From contig JABIQM010000238.1 in NCBI GenBank assembly GCA_018699415.1, positions 1,719 through 65,718 on the forward strand: a stretch of 64,000 nt of DNA. Direction: 5' to 3'. How positions within the stretch are numbered: the first letter of the stretch is position 1; each line of letters opens with the position of its first letter. Below the pieces are notes generated by a model. It was not told the origin of the DNA, did not search any database, and worked only from the letters and a program-made list of their open reading frames with translations. Source of the stretch: Acidimicrobiaceae bacterium (GTDB lineage: Bacteria; Actinomycetota; Acidimicrobiia; Acidimicrobiales; Aldehydirespiratoraceae). The translations under genes and the position numbers were made by a program. Positions 10,075-18,913 of the stretch are shown one piece after another.

Positions 10075-10670
10075 CAGCGGCCCCGGTGCACGATTTTCTC
10101 GAGTGGTCGACGAGTCCGTCCGGCCGATTGGGACGGGCGGTCAGGTGCGCGATGCCCGATGGCGATTGCGCCAAGTGCTCGGAGCCCCATGGGCACGCCA
10201 AACGTGATCCGGACAGCGTCCTCATGATCAAAAAGACCGAAGAGCAGAGCGCCGAGTCCTTCGTTCTCGGCTGCGAGTAGCAATGTCATCGCCGCTGCAC
10301 CGCCATCGACGAACCAGTACGGAACCGACCACGCATGAGTGGACGCGCCTAGGCCCGTACTCGTCTTGTCGGGTTCGTCATAACGACGCACGTAGGCCGC
10401 CGGGTCAACCCATGGCACGATCAAGACGTGTGCGTGGAGAAGCTCAGGCCAGGGGAACATCGACCGCTGCTCCACCGGCAGCGTTGTATCCCAATAACGG
10501 GCCGTTTGTTCTACTCCCTCCAAAACCAAAAACTCGATGCTGGCAGTATTCCCCGCCGACGGTCCGCGTCGTGCCGCATCGACCATGCGATCCACGACGG
10601 CGCTCTCAACAGGCTCGGGGGTGAAGGCGCGAGTCATCCGCCGGCGGCGGATCAGTTCCTCGAACTTCAT
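10071..10670 (-). CDS. nitroreductase family protein
   Basis: Nitroreductase-fold signatures: RRMTRAFTPEPV, PSAGNTASIEFLV and LGALLFG. The internal ATG (MKFEEL) at 10670 was chosen because it lies 23 nt after the upstream stop. Confidence 0.75.
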   Translation of the reverse strand: MKFEELIRRRRMTRAFTPEPVESAVVDRMVDAARRGPSAGNTASIEFLVLEGVEQTARYWDTTLPVEQRSMFPWPELLHAHVLIVPWVDPAAYVRRYDEPDKTSTGLGASTHAWSVPYWFVDGGAAAMTLLLAAENEGLGALLFGLFDHEDAVRITFGVPMGLRALGAIAIGHRAPDRPSQSAGRTRRPLEKIVHRGRW

Positions 10671-10693
10671 AATCACCCCGACCAGGGGATCAG

Positions 10694-11362
10694 TCAGAGC
10701 AGCTTCTCGAGATCCTCTGCCATTGCCCACCCGAAAGCGATCAGCGAATCGCCGTTGGCGATATCGAGGCCATCGAGTTGTGCGCTGACCTCAGGGTCCG
10801 TCTTTTCCGGCTTCGAGCTCGCGTGATCGAGCACGGGTGCCTGCGAACCATCGCCACGAGCGGTGAAGGCGCGGTCTTCATAAACCGACGCACCAATTCC
10901 GTAGCGCTTGGCCAGACGGCGACCCCAGGCACGCTCTTCACCGGAGGCCTTATGGCCGGGACGCGGAACGATGTCACTGAGCGTCTTGAATGCTTCGAAT
11001 ACCCCAGCGTCATTGATCTGTGTGCCGATGAGGACGTCTTCGTCGGGGAAGGCAAGAACGGAACGGCGGAGCTGGTCGGTCATGATTGCCCGTAGCACGG
11101 TGTCACGCTTTGTGTTGCGGCAAATATGACCGGCGCCGACGATGATGCTCGGCGTTCCACCAATTCGTTCCAACGTGCAGAACGAGAAGCCTCGGACCTT
11201 GCCGCCTTCACTTGCCACGGTGCAGAGCACCCACGCTTCAGCCTGCTTTGAGAGCATCCCAACTTCGAATGCGTTCGGCGATTCGGCCGAAAGGTCGGCC
11301 ATCTCGGTCAACTCAGCATCACTCAGCGCAGTGCAGTCCTTCGTTTCGACTTCGATCGCCAT
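10694..11362 (-). CDS. hypothetical protein (possibly acyl-CoA N-acyltransferase-like fold)
   Basis: 222-aa ORF immediately downstream of dnaE on the same strand. Codon usage is consistent with its neighbours. No confident motif. Confidence 0.5.
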   Translation of the reverse strand: MAIEVETKDCTALSDAELTEMADLSAESPNAFEVGMLSKQAEAWVLCTVASEGGKVRGFSFCTLERIGGTPSIIVGAGHICRNTKRDTVLRAIMTDQLRRSVLAFPDEDVLIGTQINDAGVFEAFKTLSDIVPRPGHKASGEERAWGRRLAKRYGIGASVYEDRAFTARGDGSQAPVLDHASSKPEKTDPEVSAQLDGLDIANGDSLIAFGWAMAEDLEKLL

Positions 11363-11440
11363 GTCCTGCGCTGTCCCCTGCTTGCCGAATGTGACCCCAC
11401 CAGTTTTCAGTGAAATTTCGCGAATCGCAACCTCGAGAGC

Positions 11441-14400
11441 TCATACCAATACAGAGTCAGGTCCAAGAAGTACCCGAAGTTCGGCAATTACGCCGTTTGC
11501 ATTGTCCACTGCGTAGTCATCCGGGAGCCGCAGCACCTGCCGCTCACTGAGGTGTAGTTCCACCGGAGATTCGCCAGGGTGGGCGGCCAGAATGGATTTC
11601 AGGTCGGCAATACGGCCCGGAAGTTGGTGCTCGATCGGGATCTTTACCCGGACCGGAGAGTTGTCGGAGAGATCCTCGACAATTTCGATGTCTTGGGCGA
11701 AGAGCTTCGGGAGATCATCGTTCTCGGTTCTACCCCGCACCAGAACAATCGCATCGTCCACCAGCTTCGGCCCGTGTTCCTGCATCGTTCGGGGAAAGAC
11801 CATGACCTCGACAGACCCCTCAAGATCTTCGAGATCGAAGACTGCCATCAGATCGCCCTTGCGGGTCCACTTGCGCTGCAAGTTGGTGATCACGCCACCA
11901 ACCTTCACGATGGCCCCATCGGGCGTTTCGCTCAGACCAGCGATCGAGCAGTCGACCTTGCGGGCGATGTGCGCCTCGAACCCGAGCAGCGGGTGACCCG
12001 AGATATACAGGCCCAACATCTCTTTTTCGTTCGCCAGCTTCGGCATCTTCTCAAACTCGACGTCGGGGATCGACGGACGTTCATCAAACGAGGGCCCATC
12101 GTCGAGATCACCAAACAGCGACATCACACCCATGTCGTGTTCACGGCGGCGCTGAACGGTGAGATCAATGATCTGTTCGTAGACCTGAAGTAAGCCCTTT
12201 CGTGGATGTCCGAGCGAATCGAATGCGCCGCCCTTGATCAGTGACTCGATGGTGCGTTTGTTGAGAGCGTCCAACTCAACACGCTCAACGAAATCGAGGA
12301 ACGACTCGAACGGACCGCCTTCGTTGCGCGCCGCGAGGACCTTCTCAACGAAACCCACTCCCACGTTCCGGATCGCAGACAACCCAAAGATGATGTTGCC
12401 CGGCGATGCGGCTTTGCCGCCGCTGGCTACACCGACTGCGGCGAGATCAGGAACTGGCGTGAAATCCGACTCTGACCGGTTGACATCGGGTACCTCAACC
12501 TCGATCCCCATGAGGCGGCATTCGTTGAGATAGACGGCCGCCGACTCCAGCTTTGTCTTGACGCTCGTAAGCAGGGCCGACAGATATTCGACCGGGTAGT
12601 TGGCCTTCAGATACGCAATTTGGTAGGCGACGTAGCCGTAGCCATAAGAGTGCGACTTGTTGAAGGCGTAGTCAGCAAACTGGGCGATGATGTCGAATAG
12701 TTCGACGGCGAGTGAATGCTCGTAACCGTTGTCGACAACGCCCGTCGTGAACTTTTCACGCTCCTCCTCCATCGCCTCGCGAATCTTCTTGCCCATGGCC
12801 TTGCGTAATGAGTCCGCTTCGGCGAGCGAGTACCCGGCAAACTTTTGCGCCATTCGCATGACGCTCTCCTGATAGATCATCAGGCCGTAGGTGTCGCCAA
12901 GTAACTCTCTGGCATCCTCGTGAATGAATTCGACCGGCTTGCGGCCATTCTTACGGTCCGCGTAGTCGTTGTGCATGTTGGCCGCCATCGGGCCAGGCCT
13001 ATACAGAGCGACAAGGGCAGCAACGTCATCAAACGACGTTGGAGCAAGCGACCGGATGAGTGCCCGCATCGGGCTGGACTCGAGCTGGAAGACACCGATC
13101 GTGTCGCCTCGGCCCAACAACTCGAAGGTCGGCTTATCGTCGAGTCGCACCGCATCAATATCAACAACGTCATTGCGGGTTTGCATGATCAGTACGAGAC
13201 AGTCAGAGATGACATCAAGGTTTCGGAGGCCCAAGAAATCCATCTTGAGTAGCCCGAGGTCTTCCACCCCGTGCATTTCGTACTGGGTGACCACCGCCGA
13301 TTCTTCGATCGACTTGCCCGCTTCCGGCTTGCGCTGGATTGGTAGATACTCCGTGAGCGGGTCGTTCGTAATCACCACAGCCGCAGCATGGATGCCGTCC
13401 TGACGACGCAAGCCTTCCAGCCCCTGGGCGACCTCCACGACCCTGGCGATATCGGCATCCGACGACACCATGTCGCGTAGCTCACCCGCCGACTTGTAAC
13501 CGTCGACGTACTTTGGGTGCTCCTCGAAGCAGTACTTGAGCGGCGTATCGCGGCCCATGATGAGCGGTGGCATCGCCTTGGCCACCTTGTCACCCACGGC
13601 ATACGGGTAGCCGAGCACACGGGCGGCGTCTCGGACCGCCGCCCGCGCCTTGATCTGAGAGAACGTGACGATCTGTGCCACATTGTCGCGTCCATAGCGC
13701 TCAGCCGCGTAGCGAATCATCTCGTCTCGGTATCGGGTGTCGAAGTCCATATCGATGTCGGGCATCGAGATACGAGAGGGATTCAAGAAACGCTCAAACA
13801 AGAGGTCGTACTTGATTGGGTCGAGATCGGTGATCCAGAGGGAGTAGGCGACTGCACAACCCGCAGCCGACCCTCGGCCCGGGCCCACACGAACGTTGTT
13901 GTCCCGGGCGTGCTTGATGAGATCCCAAGTGATCAGGAAGTAGGCCGAGAACCCCATGCTGTCGATGACGCCAAGCTCATAGTCAAGGCGGTCGACCACC
14001 TCGGTGTCGAGGTCATTGCCCCAGCGCTTGTAGGCACCAACGTAGGTCAGGTGGCGCAAATATTCGGTGTCGGTGGCGAATCCCTCCGGAAGCGGGAACT
14101 CAGGAAGCTGGGGCTTGCCGAACTCGATCTCGACATCGCAGCGCTCGGCGATCCAGAGCGTGTTGTCGCACGCCGAGGGAACCTCGGCGAAGAGTCGCCG
14201 CATCTCCCCGGCCGACTTCAAGTAATGCTGGTCACCTTGGAACTTGAACCGGTCGGTATCGGCTAGCAGCGCTCCGGTTTGAACACACAAAAGGGCATCG
14301 TGTGCTTCCGAATCGTGCTGGTGGGTGTAGTGCGAGTCGTTGGTGGCGAGTACGGGGGCTTGAATCTTCTTTGCGATCTCCAACAACTGGGGATTCGTGG

Positions 14401-14995
14401 TCCGCTGTTCGGGGATGCCATGGTCCTGAAGTTCGAGGAAGAAATTGTCGCGTCCAAAGATGTCCTGGAATCGAGCGGCATGCTCCAGGGCAGCATCCGT
14501 GTTTCCCTGCATGAGCGACTGGAGCACGTGTCCGCCGAGACATCCCGACGTCGCGATAATTCCTTCCGAGTACTTTTCCATCAGCTCAAAATCGGCACGG
14601 GGTTTGTAATGGAAACCGGTGAGATAGGCCTGGCTGGAGAGCTGAATCAGGTTCTTGTAGCCGACATTGTTCTCCGCCATGAGAATGGCGTGGTAGTACA
14701 GCTTTTTGCCGCCACCCGTGTCACCGCCGGAATCGTCAGCCTTGCCGCGACGGCTGGGGCGCTCGTGGCGAGAGTCGTGAGCGAGATAGATCTCGGTACC
14801 GATGATCGGGTTGATCCCGACATCGTTGCAGCCCTTGTAAAAATCGAGGACGCCATACATGTTGCCGTGATCGGTGATCGCCATAGCAGGTTGACCGTCC
14901 GCTGCCGCAGCGGCGATGGCGTCGTCGAGGCGCGAGGCACCGTCGAGCATCGAATACTCGGTGTGCACATGGAGATGGGCGAATGAATCCCCCAC
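11441..14995 (-). CDS. dnaE: DNA polymerase III alpha subunit
   Basis: PHP domain (HLHVHTEYSMLDG, ITDHGNMYG) and polymerase core (PDIDMDF, GLLKMDFLGLRNL), 1184 aa. GTG start at 14995 is preceded by GAGGAGG. Confidence 0.95.
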   Translation of the reverse strand: MGDSFAHLHVHTEYSMLDGASRLDDAIAAAAADGQPAMAITDHGNMYGVLDFYKGCNDVGINPIIGTEIYLAHDSRHERPSRRGKADDSGGDTGGGKKLYYHAILMAENNVGYKNLIQLSSQAYLTGFHYKPRADFELMEKYSEGIIATSGCLGGHVLQSLMQGNTDAALEHAARFQDIFGRDNFFLELQDHGIPEQRTTNPQLLEIAKKIQAPVLATNDSHYTHQHDSEAHDALLCVQTGALLADTDRFKFQGDQHYLKSAGEMRRLFAEVPSACDNTLWIAERCDVEIEFGKPQLPEFPLPEGFATDTEYLRHLTYVGAYKRWGNDLDTEVVDRLDYELGVIDSMGFSAYFLITWDLIKHARDNNVRVGPGRGSAAGCAVAYSLWITDLDPIKYDLLFERFLNPSRISMPDIDMDFDTRYRDEMIRYAAERYGRDNVAQIVTFSQIKARAAVRDAARVLGYPYAVGDKVAKAMPPLIMGRDTPLKYCFEEHPKYVDGYKSAGELRDMVSSDADIARVVEVAQGLEGLRRQDGIHAAAVVITNDPLTEYLPIQRKPEAGKSIEESAVVTQYEMHGVEDLGLLKMDFLGLRNLDVISDCLVLIMQTRNDVVDIDAVRLDDKPTFELLGRGDTIGVFQLESSPMRALIRSLAPTSFDDVAALVALYRPGPMAANMHNDYADRKNGRKPVEFIHEDARELLGDTYGLMIYQESVMRMAQKFAGYSLAEADSLRKAMGKKIREAMEEEREKFTTGVVDNGYEHSLAVELFDIIAQFADYAFNKSHSYGYGYVAYQIAYLKANYPVEYLSALLTSVKTKLESAAVYLNECRLMGIEVEVPDVNRSESDFTPVPDLAAVGVASGGKAASPGNIIFGLSAIRNVGVGFVEKVLAARNEGGPFESFLDFVERVELDALNKRTIESLIKGGAFDSLGHPRKGLLQVYEQIIDLTVQRRREHDMGVMSLFGDLDDGPSFDERPSIPDVEFEKMPKLANEKEMLGLYISGHPLLGFEAHIARKVDCSIAGLSETPDGAIVKVGGVITNLQRKWTRKGDLMAVFDLEDLEGSVEVMVFPRTMQEHGPKLVDDAIVLVRGRTENDDLPKLFAQDIEIVEDLSDNSPVRVKIPIEHQLPGRIADLKSILAAHPGESPVELHLSERQVLRLPDDYAVDNANGVIAELRVLLGPDSVLV

Positions 14996-15028
14996 TCGGC
15001 CTCCTCACGACAGGCTCGCTCCGCCCGC

Positions 15029-15061
15029 TGTGGACAGTGCTGTGGACACCTATGTGGATAA
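15029..15061 (-). promoter_or_regulatory. array of three same-orientation DnaA boxes upstream of dnaE
   Basis: The + strand reads TGTGGACA (15029), TGTGGACA (15041) and TGTGGATAA (15053). On the dnaE strand these are TTATCCACA, TGTCCACA and TGTCCACA. Start-to-start spacing is exactly 12 bp, and the array lies 34-66 nt upstream of the dnaE GTG. Confidence 0.6.
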
Positions 15062-15150
15062 ATTACATGGGTGTCGTCCGAACCTATCCCGACTCCCCTG
15101 CCGCGACAAGCGCGCCGTTCCAGCCGTTTACAGACCAGCGTTCGGGCAGG

Positions 15151-15675
15151 CTACAAATACGTCCCAGGTCGCTCGTCTGCAGCAGTTTGGGACTGCTGGA
15201 GCGGCTCACCCGGGACGCCGGAGCCAATCTCGCCGCGCATGGACTGGAGTTGTTGCTGGGCGGCCATTTGCTGGGCGAAGAGCATGGCCTGCATGCCTTG
15301 GACCAGTCCTTCGAGCCAACCGACAAGTTGGGCCTTCGCTATCTGTAGCTCAGCCCCGGTGGGGGTGTCGCCCCCATCGAACGGCAGTGCCAGTCGTCGA
15401 AGCTCGGCGGCAAGGTCGTCAGACAGCGCTCCGCTCAGTTCCGATACCGAGGTGTCGTAGATGTAGCGGAGGCGATCTCGGCTCGGGATATCGAGTTCCG
15501 AGGCCCGAAGCTCTTCGAGCAACTGTTTGAGCATTGTACCGATCCGCATGACCTTGGCCGGGTGATCGATCGTCTCGTCGATGTCCTCTTCGGCCGCCTG
15601 TTCAACAACCTCAACATCGGGGCCCTGAACAATCTCCGGAGCGTCGATTTCAGATGGGGTGCTTGCGTCGGTCAT
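15151..15675 (-). CDS. bpa: bacterial proteasome activator (Bpa/PafE family)
   Basis: 174 aa. PAKVMRIGTMLKQLLEE, AQLVGWLEGL and LFAQQMAA match my recollection of M. tuberculosis Rv3780. The C-terminus ends in GTYL, where Bpa has GQYL. Confidence 0.8.
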   Translation of the reverse strand: MTDASTPSEIDAPEIVQGPDVEVVEQAAEEDIDETIDHPAKVMRIGTMLKQLLEELRASELDIPSRDRLRYIYDTSVSELSGALSDDLAAELRRLALPFDGGDTPTGAELQIAKAQLVGWLEGLVQGMQAMLFAQQMAAQQQLQSMRGEIGSGVPGEPLQQSQTAADERPGTYL

Positions 15676-15696
15676 AACGACTCCTCATGCGGGTTG

Positions 15697-16806
15697 TCAC
15701 GTGTTGAATGACAGCAAGGGTACGAACATTTCAGCCGGGGTCATCCCCCCATGTCGACCGATCAGTTCGAACGAGTTGGACTCAGCCGGATCGACGAACC
15801 AGCGATCACGACGGGCGACAACTGCCACGTCGCCCAGTCGGCTGAGCGCAACGTCGGTGACCGTCGGGCCGAACCATTGCTCATCGATCACTTGCTCAAT
15901 GGAAGCCACCCATCCATCGTCGCCAACCGTCTCAACCGCAACAGCAGCAAGCTCGCGGGAGCGACCCGGTTCGGCGTGAAACCAACGGAACCGGGCCTCA
16001 CCTGACTGGCGACGGATCATCGGGAACAACGAGGAGTCGAGCTCCGTACGCCCCACAGTGCAGTCGACTATCCCATGATCAGCCGTGACAACGAGGGCAG
16101 CGCCTCGAGGAAGATCCATCATCAGATCCGAGACCAGTCGATCACAGGCAGCCAACTCAGCGGCGTAATAATCGCCAAAACCGTGCACGTGAGCAGTCTT
16201 GTCTATGCCATCGTAGTAAGCGTAGACAAACGGTTCGCCTGCGCTAAGGGCTCGCCTCACCTCAACGGAGATTGTGGCCATCGTGTGCCAGTTGTGTTGG
16301 CGGGTACCCCTCAGGTGGGCGCGGGTGAAGCCTGTCTTGAGAAAAGGGGCGTTCTGCACAACGACAGGTCGCTGCCCGCAAAACGGCTCAACCGCTTGGA
16401 AATCCTCAGGCACGACACGCTGACGGGCATCGCCTTGGGGCGTCCGCCAGCTCAGCATGTTTATGACCTCGCCGTCGACATCGATTCGATACCCGACCAC
16501 ACCGTGTTCGCCTGGCGCAGTTCCGGTAGCGATTGACGTGAGTGCGGCAGCAGTGGTCGACGGTGCCACAGTAGTGATCGGCCCGCCCGCCAGAGAGGCA
16601 AGAGTCGGAGCGATTAAGCGACGCTCCTGTAACTGCTCCCAGCCCAAGCCGTCGAGCACGAGAACAACTACAGCGTGCGCGTCCGTGACCTCGGGAGGCA
16701 ACGGACAATCGTCGCGCGCCTTGTCATCGGCGCTCAAGATCGAGGGAATGATCTGGCTCACACAACCGTTCGACCAATCAGGTAGCACGGGTTGCTCGGG
16801 ATTCAT
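15697..16806 (-). CDS. alkaline phosphatase / nucleotide pyrophosphatase family protein
   Basis: VLVLDGLGWEQL, TTVAPSTTAAALTSIATG (nucleophile-region-like) and VVTADHG are typical of type I phosphodiesterase / alkaline phosphatase superfamily members. Confidence 0.7.
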   Translation of the reverse strand: MNPEQPVLPDWSNGCVSQIIPSILSADDKARDDCPLPPEVTDAHAVVVLVLDGLGWEQLQERRLIAPTLASLAGGPITTVAPSTTAAALTSIATGTAPGEHGVVGYRIDVDGEVINMLSWRTPQGDARQRVVPEDFQAVEPFCGQRPVVVQNAPFLKTGFTRAHLRGTRQHNWHTMATISVEVRRALSAGEPFVYAYYDGIDKTAHVHGFGDYYAAELAACDRLVSDLMMDLPRGAALVVTADHGIVDCTVGRTELDSSLFPMIRRQSGEARFRWFHAEPGRSRELAAVAVETVGDDGWVASIEQVIDEQWFGPTVTDVALSRLGDVAVVARRDRWFVDPAESNSFELIGRHGGMTPAEMFVPLLSFNT

Positions 16807-16877
16807 ACCCGGACTCTACCGACGCCTACGAACGTCGGTTGCGGCACATCTCCCGCCAGAGGCCTAGAGTCTCGCAC

Positions 16878-17324
16878 GTGCGAGTATCGACCCGAGGTGA
16901 CTACGCGGCGAGGGCACTGCTCTCGCTCACGCTCCACACTGAAGCAGCGCCCACCTCTGTCCGCGAGATCGCTGAACGCACCGCACTCCCCCAGCCGTAC
17001 CTCGAACAGATCCTGCTTGCGCTCAAGGGTGCCGGTATCGTGCGCTCCAAGCGCGGCGTTGGCGGGGGCTACGTTCTGGCCCGAGAGCCGAGGGACATCC
17101 TCCTGTCAGAGATTGTGCGGGCCGTTGATGGCCCCATCACCGCTGGTGACTTCGGCGTACCTCATACCGATGGCGCATGTGATCACGAGGGCCAGTGTGT
17201 GCTGCTGGCAATCTGGGGAGCGGCAGGAAGCCACATGCGGGAGTTTCTCAACTCGTACTCGCTCGCTGATATTGCGCGAATGACGCACGGCGAAGCGTCA
17301 TGGCCAGCAACAGCCAACGACTGA
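16878..17324 (+). CDS. Rrf2 family transcriptional regulator
   Basis: VRVSTRGDYAARALLSL, REIAERTALPQPYLEQILLALKGAGIVRSKRGVGGGYVLAR. GTG at 16878 gives the canonical Rrf2 N-terminus. Confidence 0.85.
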   Translation: MRVSTRGDYAARALLSLTLHTEAAPTSVREIAERTALPQPYLEQILLALKGAGIVRSKRGVGGGYVLAREPRDILLSEIVRAVDGPITAGDFGVPHTDGACDHEGQCVLLAIWGAAGSHMREFLNSYSLADIARMTHGEASWPATAND

Positions 17325-17327
17325 CTA

Positions 17328-18245
17328 TTAGCTCAGGCCTGCGAGGCACGCTTCGAGGTCGGGTGGGCGTGGTGAGGTCGCTACAACTTCTTCATTCGTG
17401 ACGGGGTGACGAAAGCGGAGTTCCTCTGCATGCAGGAACGGACGACCGGGATCAAGCCCGGGTCGACCACCGTCGTATTCGCGATCGCCCACCACAGGAT
17501 GCCCAATGGCTCGCAGATGCACTCGGATCTGATGGGTTCGACCCGTTTCCAGTTCGCAGCGGATGAGCGTGACCGGCTTCGGCAATTTGTAGCGATCACG
17601 TACCCGGTAATGGGTGACCGCCCGGCGACCCGACTTCGTGACCGTGTTGCGGGTCGGGTGACGAACGGAACGACCGATCGGGGCATCGATCGTTCCTGCC
17701 TCGGTCTCTAGCAAGCCCCAGGCCAGTGCCTCGTAAATGCGGCTAGGTTCGTGGGCGGACATCTGCTCAACAAGGTCGAGGTAGGCGTCTTGGGTGCGAG
17801 CCACAACTAGAAGTCCAGAAGTACCTCGATCAAGCCGGTGCACAATTCCGGGCCTGTGGATCTCCCCGACATCGGCGATCTCTGGAAATCGAGCGATGAG
17901 ACCATTGACAAGCGTGCCATCGTTGTTTCCTGCTCCTGGATGCACCACGAGACCTGCGGGTTTGTCGATGACTATGACGGCATTATCTTCGTAGACAAGG
18001 GTGATCTCGATGGACGAGTCCGGTTGCGGTGTCGAGTCCACATCGTCGGGCATCGCGATATCTACGTGCTGACCCTCGGTGACGCGGCCACTCGGCCTGA
18101 TCGCTGGAATGCCGTCGACCAGCACATCGCCGTTCTTCACAAGTCGCGTTGCCGCTGATCGACTCAATTGGCTCAGCGCAGCCACGAACCGATCAAGCCG
18201 TTCGCCATCGAACCCGGCCGGAACGACGTCAGTACGAGTAGTCAT
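17328..18245 (-). CDS. RluA/RluD family pseudouridine synthase
   Basis: S4-like N-terminus (GERLDRFV), catalytic motif HRLDRGTSGLLVVA, and GRTHQIRVH. The internal ATG at 18245 lies 17 nt after the upstream stop. Confidence 0.85.
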   Translation of the reverse strand: MTTRTDVVPAGFDGERLDRFVAALSQLSRSAATRLVKNGDVLVDGIPAIRPSGRVTEGQHVDIAMPDDVDSTPQPDSSIEITLVYEDNAVIVIDKPAGLVVHPGAGNNDGTLVNGLIARFPEIADVGEIHRPGIVHRLDRGTSGLLVVARTQDAYLDLVEQMSAHEPSRIYEALAWGLLETEAGTIDAPIGRSVRHPTRNTVTKSGRRAVTHYRVRDRYKLPKPVTLIRCELETGRTHQIRVHLRAIGHPVVGDREYDGGRPGLDPGRPFLHAEELRFRHPVTNEEVVATSPRPPDLEACLAGLS

Positions 18246-18262
18246 GCTGTGTGGTGGACGGC

Positions 18263-18778
18263 CTACCTTCGGCCGAGGCCACCAACCTTGTATTCGACGC
18301 GCTGACCGGCCCACGGGATGGCGCGGAGCCGCTCCTGGGGAATCGGAAGACTGGAGGTAATGCAGACGCCGTAGACGCCCTTTTCGATGCGATCAAGCGC
18401 TGCATCTATCTCCGCCACCGCGGTTTGGGCCTGTGCCGAGAGCGCAAGATCGCGCTCACGTTCAACCGCTAGCGTGTCGCCTTCGCCCGACTCTTCGTCG
18501 AACTGCACGTCGCCGGGCTCTCGCCCCTCGAGTAACGCATCAGCCTCAGCCCGATACTCCTCAGCCGAGTGCAAGTATTTGGCGCGTTCTTCTATGAGTC
18601 TCGCCTTCATCTCACCGACAAACTTCGCACCGAATGGCGACTTCTTCTTCGGCGCCGGCTTCTTCTTGGCAGGAGCTTTCTTCGCTACAGCCTTCTTTGC
18701 AACCGTTTTGGCTACAGCTTTCTTCGCTACAGCCTTCTTTGCCGCCTTTTTTGCGGACGATTTCTTGGCCGTGGCCAT
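18263..18778 (-). CDS. DksA/TraR-like protein with degenerate zinc finger and Lys/Ala-rich N-terminal tail
   Basis: The C-terminus (LDRIEKGVYGVCITSSLPIPQERLRAIPWA) aligns by eye to the TraR/DksA C4 finger region, but only one Cys remains. The N-terminus is MATAKKSSAKKAAKKAVAKKAVAK.., with ATG at 18778. Confidence 0.6.
   Translation of the reverse strand: MATAKKSSAKKAAKKAVAKKAVAKTVAKKAVAKKAPAKKKPAPKKKSPFGAKFVGEMKARLIEERAKYLHSAEEYRAEADALLEGREPGDVQFDEESGEGDTLAVERERDLALSAQAQTAVAEIDAALDRIEKGVYGVCITSSLPIPQERLRAIPWAGQRVEYKVGGLGRR
18638..18778. repeat. low-complexity AKKAV-coding tandem repeats
   Basis: Reiterated gctacagccttcttt / cgctacagc units encode (A/V)AKKA repeats within the DksA-like gene. 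Confidence 0.7.
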
Positions 18779-18913
18779 CGTCTTAGTCCTCTCAATCCTG
18801 CAACACCGGCAAATCCGGCCGGAGCAGATCGGGGAGTTTACGACTCCTATCCCGGAAAGGTGCGCTTTTTCGATCACCCGATGCGGTTGTTCGTACCGGA
18901 TTCGGTTGTGGTA

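Noticed and set aside
15001-15150. The DnaA-box cluster as a replication origin.
   Set aside because: There is no dnaA, dnaN or rpmH context. There are only three boxes. There is no extended AT-rich unwinding element. I interpret it as a regulatory or titration site instead (see the findings).
18638-18778. Regularly repeated short DNA units, considered as a possible CRISPR-like or minisatellite array.
   Set aside because: The units are in frame and encode the AKKAV low-complexity tail of a protein. There are no unique spacers between repeats, and there are no cas genes.
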